Assembly (NCBI GenBank): GCA_031414535.1
Contig: JANNVQ010000053.1
Span: forward strand, 51,997-115,996
DNA length: 64,000 nucleotides
Direction of reading: 5' to 3'
From: Gemmatimonas sp.
Lineage (GTDB): Bacteria; Gemmatimonadota; Gemmatimonadetes; Gemmatimonadales; Gemmatimonadaceae
Part shown: in pieces, positions 8,841 to 18,751 of the stretch
How the letters are laid out: each line of letters opens with the position of its first letter
Position numbering within the stretch: the first letter of the stretch is position 1
The notes under the pieces: generated by a model
Told to the model about the DNA's origin: nothing
Databases searched by the model: none
What the model saw: only the letters and a program-made list of their open reading frames with translations
Made by a program: the position numbers and the translations under genes

Positions 8841-9796
8841 CCTCGCCGCTCGGGAAGGATCTGATCGGACTCGCCGGACTCACGCGCGAACAGATCACCA
8901 CCATCCTCGATGTCGCGGAGCCGTTGCGAGAAGTCTCCGAACGAGCCATCAAGAAGGTTCCGACCCTCCGCGGCATGACGGTCGTGAACCTCTTTTTTGA
9001 GGCCTCCACGCGTACGCGCATCTCGTTTGAGTTCGCCGAGAAGCGAATGAGCGCGGACACGGTGAATGTTGCCCCGGGTAGTTCCTCCGTCTCGAAGGGC
9101 GAGACGCTTGTGGACACGGCGCGCAATCTCGAGGCCATGCGCATTGATATGGTCGTCATCCGCCACGGCAGCTCCGGAGCCGCGCGCTTTCTCGCGGAGC
9201 GGATTGAATCCAACGTCATCAACGCCGGTGATGGTACGCACGAGCACCCCACGCAGGGGTTACTCGACCTCCTGACGCTACGCCAACGCTTTGGCTCGCT
9301 TGAAGGTCGCCGCATCTGCATCTGCGGCGATGTGTTGCATTCGCGCGTCGCGCGTTCCAACATCTGGGGACTCAAAGCGCTTGGGGCCGAGGTCGCGGTG
9401 TGTGGCCCGCGCTCGCTGCTGCCCAACGCCATCCACGAGATGGGTGTCGTGGTCTTCAATCGCATTGAAGAAGCCATCGAATGGGCCGAGGCGCTCAACG
9501 TGTTGCGCCTGCAGCTCGAGCGCATGCAGATGGGATACATCCCATCGCTACGCGAGTACAACCGTGTGTTTGGTGTCACCCGCGCGCGCCTCGATAAGGC
9601 GCCGCGCGACATTCTCATCCTTCATCCTGGGCCCATGAATCGCGGCGTGGAGATTGACTCCGACGTTGCCGATGGCCCGCACTCCGTGATCCTCGACCAA
9701 GTAACCAACGGCGTGGCCGTACGCATGGCCGTGCTCTATCTCCTCGCGGGCCAGAAGGCCTCGCTCGCCGACGTCGCCAAGGGTGGTGCCCAGTGA
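8837..9796 (+). CDS. pyrB: Aspartate carbamoyltransferase catalytic subunit
   Basis: [23 protein letters not shown]. Confidence 0.97.
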   Translation: MTSPLGKDLIGLAGLTREQITTILDVAEPLREVSERAIKKVPTLRGMTVVNLFFEASTRTRISFEFAEKRMSADTVNVAPGSSSVSKGETLVDTARNLEAMRIDMVVIRHGSSGAARFLAERIESNVINAGDGTHEHPTQGLLDLLTLRQRFGSLEGRRICICGDVLHSRVARSNIWGLKALGAEVAVCGPRSLLPNAIHEMGVVVFNRIEEAIEWAEALNVLRLQLERMQMGYIPSLREYNRVFGVTRARLDKAPRDILILHPGPMNRGVEIDSDVADGPHSVILDQVTNGVAVRMAVLYLLAGQKASLADVAKGGAQ

Positions 9797-11076
9797 ACAC
9801 GCTTCTCATCAAGGGCGGTCGCCTGATTGACCCCTCGCAGCAACTCGACGCTGTGGGCGATCTGCTCCTCGTCGATGGAAAAGTTGCGCAGGTTGGCGGA
9901 AGCATCGCCGCACCCGCCGGCGCCGAGACGTATGACGCCAAGGGCCTCGTGGTCGCACCGGGCATGATTGACGTGCACGTGCACCTGCGTGAGCCGGGCA
10001 GGGAAGACGTGGAGACCGTCGCCACCGGCGCGCACTCTGCCGTCGCGGGCGGCTTCACCGCCGTCTGCGCGATGCCCAATACCAAGCCGGTCACCGACAA
10101 TCAGGCCACGGTGGGCTTCGTGAAGCGTCAAGGTGAGGCCGCCGGCTTCGCTCGCGTGTATCCCTACGGCGCCATCTCCGTTGGCCAAAAGGGCGAAACG
10201 CTCGCAGAGTTCGGTGAGATGGTCGCCGCCGGTGCCGTCGCCTTCTCGGATGATGGCAAGCCAGTCGAGAATTCGCATCTCATGCGAACGGCGCTTGAGT
10301 ACGCCATGACCTTCGGCGTGCCCGTGGTGGAGCACTGCGAGGTGATGTCGCTCGCGCACGGTGGTTCGATGAACGAAGGCATCGTGTCGGCGCGCCTAGG
10401 TCTCAAGGGCATTCCCGGCGAAGCCGAGGAGATTGACGTCATCCGCTGCATCCTCCTCGCCAAGCGCACCGGCGGCCACGTGCATCTCTGCCACCTCTCC
10501 ACCAAGGGCTCCGTGGACTTGGTGCGCTGGGGCAAGTCGCAGGGCGTCAACGTCACGTCGGAGGTCTGCTCGCACCATATCTCCCTCACGGAAGATGCGG
10601 TGGAAGGCTACAACACCAACGCCAAAATGAATCCGCCGCTCCGCACCAAGGCGGACGTTGAAGCACTGCAGCAGGGCTTGAAGGACGGCACAATCGACCT
10701 GCTGGTGACGGATCACGCCCCGCATCATTACGACGAAAAGGAACGCGAGTTCGCCGACGCGCCCAATGGCATCGTCGGTTTGGAGACGGCCCTCGGGGTG
10801 AACATTACCTACCTCGTGGAGACGGGAATTCTCTCGCTCAACGATTTGGTCCTGCGCATGAGTTGCCTCCCGGCCCAGATTTTCCATCTGCCCGGGGGTA
10901 CACTCACGACGGGCGGTATTGCCGACGTCACCGTTTTTGACCCCAAGAAGAAGTGGGTCGTGGACCCCAAAGCCTTCAAGTCCAAGGGGCGCAACACCCC
11001 CTACGGCGGGCACCAATTGACGGGGCAGGCGATCTGTACCGTCGTGGGCGGGAAGATCGTCCATCAGGTGTCGTGA
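9793..11076 (+). CDS. pyrC: Dihydroorotase (type I)
   Basis: [27 protein letters not shown]; metal ligands intact. Confidence 0.95.
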   Translation: MNTLLIKGGRLIDPSQQLDAVGDLLLVDGKVAQVGGSIAAPAGAETYDAKGLVVAPGMIDVHVHLREPGREDVETVATGAHSAVAGGFTAVCAMPNTKPVTDNQATVGFVKRQGEAAGFARVYPYGAISVGQKGETLAEFGEMVAAGAVAFSDDGKPVENSHLMRTALEYAMTFGVPVVEHCEVMSLAHGGSMNEGIVSARLGLKGIPGEAEEIDVIRCILLAKRTGGHVHLCHLSTKGSVDLVRWGKSQGVNVTSEVCSHHISLTEDAVEGYNTNAKMNPPLRTKADVEALQQGLKDGTIDLLVTDHAPHHYDEKEREFADAPNGIVGLETALGVNITYLVETGILSLNDLVLRMSCLPAQIFHLPGGTLTTGGIADVTVFDPKKKWVVDPKAFKSKGRNTPYGGHQLTGQAICTVVGGKIVHQVS

Positions 11077-12185
11077 CCCCCAACTATGAATCGATGAAGA
11101 AGGCTGACCTCTCGCGTTTGGAAACTCTCGAGGCCCTGATTGCGGAAAAGCGCAAACAGGAGACCTTCCTGGCGAAGCTCCAAGAGCGTCGCGCAGGAAC
11201 GCCCGAGCATGTCTTCAAGCGCTTAGAGGACGAGTATCTCACCAAGCTGACTGACGCGCAGGTGAAGGCGGCCGCAGAAGCGGAATCGCTCTCGGGAGGT
11301 CTCGAGGATGACGACGCGGCCGTGGCCGAAGTCCGCGCGAAGCTCGAGCAACTCGAGGAAGAGCGCGTGGAGATGCAGTTGCGGGCCGAAGTCGAGGAAT
11401 GGGACGCAAAGGAAACGCAGAAGAAGCTCACCGCGCTCGGCGCGGCCATTTCGATGGCCGAGAAGGAGCGCGATGCGCGCACGGCGGTCGCCGAGCGTAC
11501 GCGCTCCTTGCTCGCGGAAGCTCGCGGGGGCACTCCTGCCAGTGGGCAGCCCGCAGTGTCTGGCGGTGGCGCCCGCCCCCCGATGCGTCCGACCACCGCG
11601 ACATTAACCGGTGGCCCCAATTTCGATGAGCTGGCCTTCTTGAACTCGGTTGTGGGCCGCGCAAGCACGCCATTGCCTGCGATTCGCGATGCCAAACCGG
11701 CTGCGCCCACCGACGAAACCAAGGAATCGGCCTCCGCGGTGCCCCCGAAGCCCGTAGAATCGCCCCGATCCCCGACTTCGGCGGTGCCCGCGCCGTCCGT
11801 CGCGCCGTCCGTCGCGCCGTCCGTCGCGGAGTCCGTAGCCGAGTCTGTCGCCGAGTCTGTCGCGGCTCCGATGGTTCCACCCTCTCCTGCGCCGCCTCCA
11901 CCGCCAGTGGTTGTGCCGGCCGTGGTGCCGGCTGTTCTGCCCACTCTGCAGCCGCCAGCCCAGCCTTCGCTTGAGCTAGAGTCCCCTGCGCCGGCCGCCC
12001 CGGCGTCAGTTGCGCCCGCTCCTGCGGTAGACGAAGAGGACGACGAGCCCCCGAGCGCACTTGGCCGACCCACCCCGCGCACGTCCCAGGCGATCAAGAC
12101 ACTCAAGTGCGCCGAGTGCGGCTCGATGAACTATCCCACCGAGTGGTACTGCGAACGCTGTGGTGGAGAACTGGCGGCACTCTGA
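11073..12185 (+). CDS. Hypothetical protein: coiled coil, Pro/Ala-rich disordered linker, C-terminal zinc ribbon
   Basis: GTG 11073 overlaps the pyrC stop (alternative ATG 11094). C-terminal CAEC-x10-CERC. Followed by a terminator. Confidence 0.8.
   Translation: MTPNYESMKKADLSRLETLEALIAEKRKQETFLAKLQERRAGTPEHVFKRLEDEYLTKLTDAQVKAAAEAESLSGGLEDDDAAVAEVRAKLEQLEEERVEMQLRAEVEEWDAKETQKKLTALGAAISMAEKERDARTAVAERTRSLLAEARGGTPASGQPAVSGGGARPPMRPTTATLTGGPNFDELAFLNSVVGRASTPLPAIRDAKPAAPTDETKESASAVPPKPVESPRSPTSAVPAPSVAPSVAPSVAESVAESVAESVAAPMVPPSPAPPPPPVVVPAVVPAVLPTLQPPAQPSLELESPAPAAPASVAPAPAVDEEDDEPPSALGRPTPRTSQAIKTLKCAECGSMNYPTEWYCERCGGELAAL
11790..11861 (+). repeat. In-frame 12-bp tandem repeat x6 (APSV/AESV)
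   Basis: gcgccgtccgtc x3, gcggagtccgta, gccgagtctgtc x2. Confidence 0.85.
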
Positions 12186-12211
12186 GTCAGTGACGAGTGA
12201 AAGAGACAGAC

Positions 12212-12247
12212 AGAGGGCACCCCGATTGTTCGAGGCGCCCTCTTTTT
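12212..12247 (+). terminator. Rho-independent terminator of the pyr operon
   Basis: agagggcaccccg / cgaggcgccctct stem followed by a T run. Confidence 0.8.
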
Positions 12248-12280
12248 GCATCCATCATCCGCCTTTCGTCCAGTCCTACG

Positions 12281-12316
12281 AAAAGCGCCGGCCACTCGCC
12301 ATGAGTGCCCGGCGCT
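12281..12316 (-). terminator. Rho-independent terminator of rpsT
   Basis: Minus strand agcgccgggcactc-atggc-gagtggccggcgct then TTT. Confidence 0.75.
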
Positions 12317-12335
12317 CGCCCAAATGCGCTTCGGC

Positions 12336-12569
12336 TTACTTCGCCTTCGCCAACTTCGACTTCTGACGGGCCGCAGCGTTCTTATGAATGAGCCCCTTGC
12401 GCGCAGCGCGGTCGAGGAGCTTCACGGCAGTCAGCTTGTCCGTGGCGGACGAGGCATCAGCCTTGGCGGTCTTCAGCGCCGTCCGGAGCGTCGAACGCTG
12501 CGCACGGTTGCGCGCGGTCGCCGTCTTGGTCTTGCGCATATTCTTCTTCGCGGACGCGATTCTCGGCAC
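12336..12569 (-). CDS. rpsT: 30S ribosomal protein S20
   Basis: MPRIASAKK...RNRAQRSTLRT...LDRAARKGLIHKNAAARQKSKL. Confidence 0.95.
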   Translation of the reverse strand: MPRIASAKKNMRKTKTATARNRAQRSTLRTALKTAKADASSATDKLTAVKLLDRAARKGLIHKNAAARQKSKLAKAK

Positions 12570-12643
12570 TGGAACTAGACTCTCTGCAAGTGTGATGGCG
12601 TGTGTTACCGAGGAGAGCGGACACGCCCTCCCTTAGCCACCGA

Positions 12644-12713
12644 AGTCTAGTCGCCACGCCAGTTTACGTCAAGCGACTCCGCGCTTGGAGACGGGGCGCC
12701 CGAAGTGTAGCTT
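12644..12713. promoter_or_regulatory. Divergent sigma70-type promoters of rpsT and scpA
   Basis: Minus strand TTGACG(12672-12667)-N17-TAGACT(12649-12644). Plus strand TTGGAG(12685)-N17-TAGCTT(12708). Confidence 0.65.
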
Positions 12714-12728
12714 TACGCCCGACTGCCC

Positions 12729-13502
12729 GTGACGGGCCTCACTCCGACTGCGCCGCCTTTGCTTCCTTCCGCCCCCAACGATCCGCAGGGCACCTCGACG
12801 CCCTTCATCGTTGACCTTTCGGGCTTCAATGGCCCCCTCGACCTGCTCCTCTCGCTCATCCGCGACGAGCAGTTCGACATCTACGACATCCCGGTCGCCA
12901 AGGTCTGCGAGCAGTTCCTCTCGAAGATGCACGAACTGCAGCTGAACGAAGCCGCAGAGTATCTCGAGATGGCCGCTCGCCTGATTCGCATCAAGGCGCA
13001 AATGCTGTTGCCCCGCAAGCACGGCGGCGACGACTTCGAGGATCCGCGCGCAGAACTCGTGCGTCGTCTCCTTGAGTACCAACAGATGCGCGAGGTGGTG
13101 GACCTGCTTGAGCGCCTCGGTGATGACCGGCGCTCGCGCTTTGCCCGAACCTACATGGGCCAGCCGGCCGCACCGCCGCCGGCACCGCTCGCACTCTCCC
13201 TCGGCGACTTGCTGGTGGCCGTGGACCGCGTGCTGCGCACCGCCAAGCGGCCTACCATCCACGAGGTCATCCCTCGTGCGCTCGACGTAGATGGCTACAT
13301 GCAGACCGTGCGCACCATCCTTGGCCTGCGCGCCCACACGCGATTCCGTGAACTCGTGCGCGACGACGCCGAGCCCTGGGAAGTGCTCAGCGCACTGCTC
13401 GGCCTGCTCGAACTCGGCAAGCGCAACGAAGTCCATCTGACCCAACCCCGACCGTTTGCAGACGTGGAGATCCGCCGTGAATCCGCTGGCGAAGCTGCTT
13501 GA
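12729..13502 (+). CDS. scpA: Segregation/condensation protein A
   Basis: FNGPLDLLLSLI, YLEMAARLIRIKAQMLLP, DPRAELVRRLLEY. Confidence 0.93.
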   Translation: MTGLTPTAPPLLPSAPNDPQGTSTPFIVDLSGFNGPLDLLLSLIRDEQFDIYDIPVAKVCEQFLSKMHELQLNEAAEYLEMAARLIRIKAQMLLPRKHGGDDFEDPRAELVRRLLEYQQMREVVDLLERLGDDRRSRFARTYMGQPAAPPPAPLALSLGDLLVAVDRVLRTAKRPTIHEVIPRALDVDGYMQTVRTILGLRAHTRFRELVRDDAEPWEVLSALLGLLELGKRNEVHLTQPRPFADVEIRRESAGEAA

Positions 13503-14178
13503 GGCCGCGCTGTTCGCGAGCCCACGCCCGATTACAACTGATGAACTCGCTGCTCTAGACCCGGAGGCTTCACCGGCCGGCTTGCAGAGTGCGCTCGATG
13601 AACTGCGTGAGCACTACGACGTGGATGGACACGGCGTGGAACTCGTGGAAGTTGGGGCCGGCTGGCAGGTCCTCACTCGGCCCGAATACACGGAGGCTAT
13701 CGAGCGCGCCCAGATGGCCGTGCGTCCTACCAAGCTCTCGCCAGCGGCGCTGGAGACGCTCGCGATCATCGCGTATCGTCAGCCGATTGGTCGCGCCGAA
13801 GTCGCGGAGATTCGCGGCGTTGACGTGGGTGCCGTGATCAAGTCGCTGCACGAGCGTGGTCTTATTGATGTGGTGGGCCGTGCCGAAGGACTCGGGCGTC
13901 CGCTGCTCTACGGCACGACGACGATGTTCTTAGAGCAGTTCGCGCTGCGCCATTTGGGAGAGTTGCCGCGCGTGGATGAGCTCGCCATCGCGCTGCGCAA
14001 GAACGGGCAGCCGCCAATCCTTGCCGCCGATCAACTCGACGCCGCCGATTCCGCCGCCGCTGATGCCGCCGCCGAGGCCGCGAAGGCCGCGGCGGATGCA
14101 GCACTCGCCAGCGCGGAGGCTGCGACCGCCGCTGCCGTTGCCACCGAGGCCGCCGTCGAGGGCGTTTCCGCCTCGTGA
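13477..14178 (+). CDS. scpB: Segregation/condensation protein B
   Basis: LEAALFAS, LSPAALETLAIIAYRQPI, GRPLLYGTT; Ala-rich tail; start moved to GTG 13477. Confidence 0.93.
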   Translation: MNPLAKLLEAALFASPRPITTDELAALDPEASPAGLQSALDELREHYDVDGHGVELVEVGAGWQVLTRPEYTEAIERAQMAVRPTKLSPAALETLAIIAYRQPIGRAEVAEIRGVDVGAVIKSLHERGLIDVVGRAEGLGRPLLYGTTTMFLEQFALRHLGELPRVDELAIALRKNGQPPILAADQLDAADSAAADAAAEAAKAAADAALASAEAATAAAVATEAAVEGVSAS

Positions 14179-14900
14179 GTGATACCGCGATGCGCATTCA
14201 ACGCGCCTTGGCGCGCGCCGGAATCGCGTCGCGGCGCAAGGCGGAAGAACTAGTGGCCGCCGGCCGCGTGCGTGTGAATGGCGAAGTGGCTCGCACGGGC
14301 CAAAGCGTCGAGCCCGGTCGCGACACCATCACCGTGGACGGCAAACCCGTGGCGCTACCACCAGCAGCCAAGTGGCTGGTGCTCCATAAGCCGCCGGGCG
14401 TGCTCACCACGCGGAGCGATCCCCAGGGCCGCCGCACGGTGTTCGATCTTGTGAAGGATGAGCCGGGCCTCACCTACGTGGGACGCCTCGACTATATGAC
14501 GGAGGGTGTGCTGCTGCTCACCACAGACGGCGATGCGGCACACTTGCTCACGCATCCGTCCACCGAAGTACCGCGCACCTACGTCGCCACCGTCCGCGGC
14601 TCCGTAAAGGCCGCCGCCGCAGAGATTCGCGGTGGTGTGGAACTCGAGGATGGTCCGGTGCGTCCTGAGTCGGTGGATGTGGCCCCTGGGGAGATGCCCC
14701 GCACCTGGGACCTGACGCTCACCATTCGCGAAGGCCGCACGCGCGAGGTGCGTCGCCTGTGCGAACACGTGGGACTCGAAGTGCTCCGCCTTGTACGCAC
14801 ATCCTTCGGCCCCGTGCAACTTGGCAGCCTTGCAGCGGGTACCACCCGTACCTTGACGACCAAGGAGCGCACGCTACTCGATGCGCTCGTTCACCCCTGA
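14175..14900 (+). CDS. rluB: RsuA/RluB-family rRNA pseudouridine synthase
   Basis: S4 domain (ASRRKAEELV), catalytic GRLD, EGRTREVRR; classic scpAB-rluB order. Confidence 0.85.
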   Translation: MSDTAMRIQRALARAGIASRRKAEELVAAGRVRVNGEVARTGQSVEPGRDTITVDGKPVALPPAAKWLVLHKPPGVLTTRSDPQGRRTVFDLVKDEPGLTYVGRLDYMTEGVLLLTTDGDAAHLLTHPSTEVPRTYVATVRGSVKAAAAEIRGGVELEDGPVRPESVDVAPGEMPRTWDLTLTIREGRTREVRRLCEHVGLEVLRLVRTSFGPVQLGSLAAGTTRTLTTKERTLLDALVHP

Positions 14901-14947
14901 GTTCACTGTTCAGTTCACTGCGTAGCTCACCCATCGCTTCACCCTCG
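14888..14947 (+). repeat. Degenerate 12-bp repeat x5 filling the rluB-moxR gap
   Basis: cgttcacccctg agttcactgttc agttcactgcgt agctcacccatc gcttcaccctcg. Confidence 0.65.
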
Positions 14948-14956
14948 ACTAACCTG

Positions 14957-15913
14957 ATGTCTGCTTCCTCTGAGCTCCCGAAAGCGATCCTCGGTCAGGT
15001 GTCCCAGCGCGTTGTCGGCCAACAACACATGGTCGAGCGACTGCTCATTGCGCTGCTCACGGGTGGACATGTGCTGCTCGAAGGCGTACCAGGCCTCGCG
15101 AAGACGCTCACCGTGCGCACGCTCGCCGAGACGGTGCGTACCAGCTTCAGTCGCATTCAGTTCACGCCAGACCTCCTGCCCGCCGACGTCATTGGCACGC
15201 AGGTCTTCGATCAAACCACGGGACAGTTCTCGGTGAAGACGGGGCCAATCTTCGCCAACATCGTCCTCGCCGATGAAATCAATCGTGCACCAGCCAAGGT
15301 GCAGGCCGCGCTACTCGAGGCCATGCAAGAGAAGCAGGTGACGATTGGCGGGACGAGCTTCCGACTCGAGGAGCCTTTCCTCGTGCTCGCCACGCAGAAT
15401 CCCATCGAGCAGGAAGGCACCTATCCGCTGCCCGAAGCGCAGGTTGACCGCTTCATGCTCAAGCTGCGCGTGGGTTATCCGACGCGTGAGGAAGAGCGCG
15501 AGATTATGCGCCGCATGGCTGGTGGCGTTGATATCCCCGTGCAGGCGGTGGCCGGGCCCGAAGAACTGATGGCCGCACGTCGTGAGATTGCCGCCCTGCA
15601 TTTGGACGAGCGCTTGGTGGATTACATCGTGAACATCGTGCACGCCACGCGCGCGCCCAAGGAAGCAGGGCTCGACGACATCGCGCCGCTGGTGGAGTAC
15701 GGGGCATCGCCGCGCGCCACGATTGCGCTCGCCCAAGCGGGCCGAGCCCACGCCTGGCTTCGCGGACGAAGCTTCGTCTCGCCCGACGACGTGAAGGCGA
15801 TCGCGCCCGACGTGTTGCGCCACCGCGTCCTGATGACCTTCGAGGCCGAAGCCGAAAACGTCACGAGCGACGCCGTCATCACGCGCATCCTCGAGCGCAT
15901 CGCCGCCCCGTGA
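14957..15913 (+). CDS. moxR: MoxR-family AAA+ ATPase
   Basis: EGVPGLAKT, RIQFTPDLLPAD, LADEINRAPAKVQAALLEAM, ATQNPIEQEGTYPLPEAQVDRF. Confidence 0.93.
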   Translation: MSASSELPKAILGQVSQRVVGQQHMVERLLIALLTGGHVLLEGVPGLAKTLTVRTLAETVRTSFSRIQFTPDLLPADVIGTQVFDQTTGQFSVKTGPIFANIVLADEINRAPAKVQAALLEAMQEKQVTIGGTSFRLEEPFLVLATQNPIEQEGTYPLPEAQVDRFMLKLRVGYPTREEEREIMRRMAGGVDIPVQAVAGPEELMAARREIAALHLDERLVDYIVNIVHATRAPKEAGLDDIAPLVEYGASPRATIALAQAGRAHAWLRGRSFVSPDDVKAIAPDVLRHRVLMTFEAEAENVTSDAVITRILERIAAP

Positions 15914-16830
15914 CGCGCGCCGCGGCCGACCACGGCCGCGTGGCGGCCGTTCCCCCGGAAGTCCTCCGGCAGGTCAAGCGCATCGAACTGCGCACCCGCG
16001 GTCTCGTGAACTCAAGCTTCACCGGCGAATACCACTCCGTGTTCAAAGGCATGGGGATGGAGTTCGCCGAAGTGCGCGAGTACCAGCCCGGCGATGAGGT
16101 ACGCAGCATCGACTGGAACGTGAGCGCGCGTATGCGGAAGCTCTTCGTGAAGCGGTACGTGGAAGAGCGCGAACTGACCGTGCTTTTGCTGGTCGATACC
16201 TCGGGATCCGCACGCGGTGGCGCCGCGGTGCAAGACAAACAGGGCATGGCGGCCGAGATGGCGGCGGTACTTGCACTCACCGCCACGCGCAACAACGATC
16301 GCGTCGGCCTGCTCTTGCATTCCGATCGCGTGGAGCACGTGGTGCCGCCCAAGAAGGGACGTCGCCACGCGCTGCGCCTCGTGCGCGACGTGCTCGCCGC
16401 CCGCGCCTTGCCGCGCGCCACCAATCTCGGCGCCGCCTGCGACTACGCATCGCGCCTGCTGCCACATCGCAGCATCGTGTTCGTGGTGTCAGACTTCGTG
16501 TCGCCGGACTACGAGCGCCCGCTCACGCATTTAGCGCGCCGCCACGATGTCATTGCCGTGGTGCTCGACGATCCCGGGGAGCGCGAGTTGCCCAACATCG
16601 GCGTGGCGCGACTTGTGGACACGGAATCTGAGGTGTTGGCGGAGGTGGATACCTCCGACCCCACCGTTCGGTCGCGATACGCCGCGCTGTTGCGCGCCGA
16701 GCGTGAGGCTCGGCAGGGCCTGCTGCGCCGCCTTGGCGTGGACGAAGTGATTGTGCCGCTCGAAGATGGCTACGTGGATGCGATGCGTCGCTTCTTCCGG
16801 ACGCGAGCGACGCGAGCGCGCCGGCGATGA
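15910..16830 (+). CDS. DUF58 vWA-like protein
   Basis: GMEFAEVREYQPGDEVRSIDWNVSAR; follows moxR. Confidence 0.9.
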   Translation: MTRAAADHGRVAAVPPEVLRQVKRIELRTRGLVNSSFTGEYHSVFKGMGMEFAEVREYQPGDEVRSIDWNVSARMRKLFVKRYVEERELTVLLLVDTSGSARGGAAVQDKQGMAAEMAAVLALTATRNNDRVGLLLHSDRVEHVVPPKKGRRHALRLVRDVLAARALPRATNLGAACDYASRLLPHRSIVFVVSDFVSPDYERPLTHLARRHDVIAVVLDDPGERELPNIGVARLVDTESEVLAEVDTSDPTVRSRYAALLRAEREARQGLLRRLGVDEVIVPLEDGYVDAMRRFFRTRATRARRR

Positions 16831-17765
16831 TGGCGCGTCTTGCACTCGTGCTGCTGTTGCAGGGCGGGGGAGAGCCGCAACGCGCTCCCACCGTCAGTGC
16901 ACGCGTGACACCCGCATCGCCGGCCGTCGGCGAGCCCATCACGATTGAACTGCGCGTGCGCGCGCCGCGCGGCACCCTCGTACGCTTCCCGGTGTTGCCT
17001 GACACCGGTACCCGCATCGAACCCTTGGACCCACGCAGCGTTTCGGCCGCCGCCGCCGGCGAGGTGGATCAGACGGCCACCTATCGTCTGATTGCTTGGG
17101 ACACGGGGAGCGTGAATCTGCAGTTCGGTGATGTCACGCTTGAACGCGCAGGCCTCGCCATACGCTACCCCGTGCGCATCGGCGATCTGCGCATTCGTTC
17201 AATGCTGCCGCGTGACACCGCCGCTCGCGCCCCGAAGCCGGCTCGCGCCCCACTCGACGCCCCGACAATGCCGTGGCGCTGGCTCGTGGCGCTGGTGGTC
17301 ATCGCGGGGCTCGGCTGGTGGGGTTGGCGGCGACTGCGCCGGCGTCGGCTGGAGCAGGCGAGCTTCGACCCCGGTGCCGCCGTGCGCGCGAGGCAGGGGT
17401 TCGCGCACGTGCGCGCACTCGAGCTACTAAGCGCGGGAGAGGTGGGCCGTCACGCGCTGGTGCACGTGCAGGTGTTGCGCCGGTATCTCGCGGAGCGTTG
17501 GCCGGAGTTGCCCGCGTCGCTCACGGCACGCGAAATCGAGTTGACGCTCAAGAACACTGAGTTTCCCATTCTACCGGATCGCGTGGTTGCGGCCGTGGCA
17601 ACATGCGAGCAGGTGGCCTACGCCGGAGTTCCCATCGGCGCAGAAGCCTCGGAGCGCCTAGCCGTCGAGGTCACGGGCGTGGTGGAAGACCTCGAGAAGG
17701 CGTGGCGCGCCCGTCAGGCCAAGTCACTCGAAGAATCGCGCATTCGGCGGAAGAAGCTCCGGTGA
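16827..17765 (+). CDS. Bat-cluster membrane protein (Ig-like N-terminal domain, single TM)
   Basis: Hydrophobic N-terminus, TM segment WLVALVVIAGLGWWGW; overlaps both DUF58 and the BatA-like gene. Confidence 0.7.
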   Translation: MMARLALVLLLQGGGEPQRAPTVSARVTPASPAVGEPITIELRVRAPRGTLVRFPVLPDTGTRIEPLDPRSVSAAAAGEVDQTATYRLIAWDTGSVNLQFGDVTLERAGLAIRYPVRIGDLRIRSMLPRDTAARAPKPARAPLDAPTMPWRWLVALVVIAGLGWWGWRRLRRRRLEQASFDPGAAVRARQGFAHVRALELLSAGEVGRHALVHVQVLRRYLAERWPELPASLTAREIELTLKNTEFPILPDRVVAAVATCEQVAYAGVPIGAEASERLAVEVTGVVEDLEKAWRARQAKSLEESRIRRKKLR

Positions 17766-18751
17766 ACATCTTCGGAGTGAACTTCGCGGCGCCTTGGGCA
17801 CTCGTGTTTGTGCTGCCACTGTTTGCATGGCTGCTGTGGCGGAGGCGTCGCAAGCCGCCTGCGCTGCTGTACGCTCGCGCCGGCCTGCTGGCCGACGGTC
17901 CGCGTCGCGGAGGGTGGACGGCGCGCCTGCTCGTCTCCCTGCGCGTCCTCGCACTCCTCGCACTCGTGGTCGCGCTGGCGCGTCCACGCACGGGCGCACG
18001 GACCGAGACGCTGCGTGGGGATGGCATCAGCATCGTCATCGCGATGGATATCTCGAGTTCGATGCTCGCCGAGGATTTTCAGCCGGCCAACCGTCTTGAA
18101 GTCGCGAAGGAGACCGCGAAGGAATTCATCGCCGCACGCGACGCCGACCAAGTGGGCATGGTCGCCTTTGCTGGCGAGGCGCTCACGCAGGTGCCGCTCA
18201 CGCTGGACTATCCCGTGCTTCTCGCGGCCGTGGATAATCTCCAGCCCGGTCAGCTCGAGGATGGCACGGCGATTGGCACAGCCTTGGTCACCGCCACGAA
18301 TCGTTTGCGCGACGCCGACGGACGCTCGCGCGTGGTCATCCTGCTCACCGATGGCGAGAACAATCGTGGAGCCATTGACCCGCGTACGGCGGCTCAAGCG
18401 GCGGCCGCCATGGGCATCCGTGTGCACACGGTCGGTATCGGCAGTGAGGGTGTAGCTCCAGTGCCTGTGGGCCGCGGGGTCTTCGGGTTGCGCTATGAGA
18501 ATCGCCCCGTGCGCATTGACGAGCCTCTGCTCGAGGACATCGCGAAGACCACGGGCGGCCGCTATCAGCGCGCGCGAGACGCCGAGGCCCTGCGGCGCAC
18601 ATATCAGCAGATTGACGCGCTAGAGCGCGCGCCGATGCGTGAGGCGCGGCTGGTGCGCTTTCAGGACTGGTATCTTTGGCCGCTCGGCATCGCGCTTACT
18701 GCCCTTATGCTGGAACTCGCCATTCTGTGGCGACGAGGGCCTCTGCCATGA
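17762..18751 (+). CDS. batA: BatA-like vWA membrane protein
   Basis: N-terminal FAAPWAL...LARP BatA domain, MIDAS DISSSM, GTAIG, LLTDGENN, C-terminal TM. Confidence 0.85.
   Translation: MNIFGVNFAAPWALVFVLPLFAWLLWRRRRKPPALLYARAGLLADGPRRGGWTARLLVSLRVLALLALVVALARPRTGARTETLRGDGISIVIAMDISSSMLAEDFQPANRLEVAKETAKEFIAARDADQVGMVAFAGEALTQVPLTLDYPVLLAAVDNLQPGQLEDGTAIGTALVTATNRLRDADGRSRVVILLTDGENNRGAIDPRTAAQAAAAMGIRVHTVGIGSEGVAPVPVGRGVFGLRYENRPVRIDEPLLEDIAKTTGGRYQRARDAEALRRTYQQIDALERAPMREARLVRFQDWYLWPLGIALTALMLELAILWRRGPLP

Noticed and set aside
11790..11861. Tandem repeats as a possible CRISPR array
   Set aside because: Units are 7-12 bp with no unique spacers, and there are no cas genes.
11084..12106. 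340-aa Gly/Ala/Thr-rich antisense ORF
   Set aside because: It mirrors the Pro/Ala-rich plus-strand gene, which has coupling to pyrC, a Zn ribbon and a terminator.
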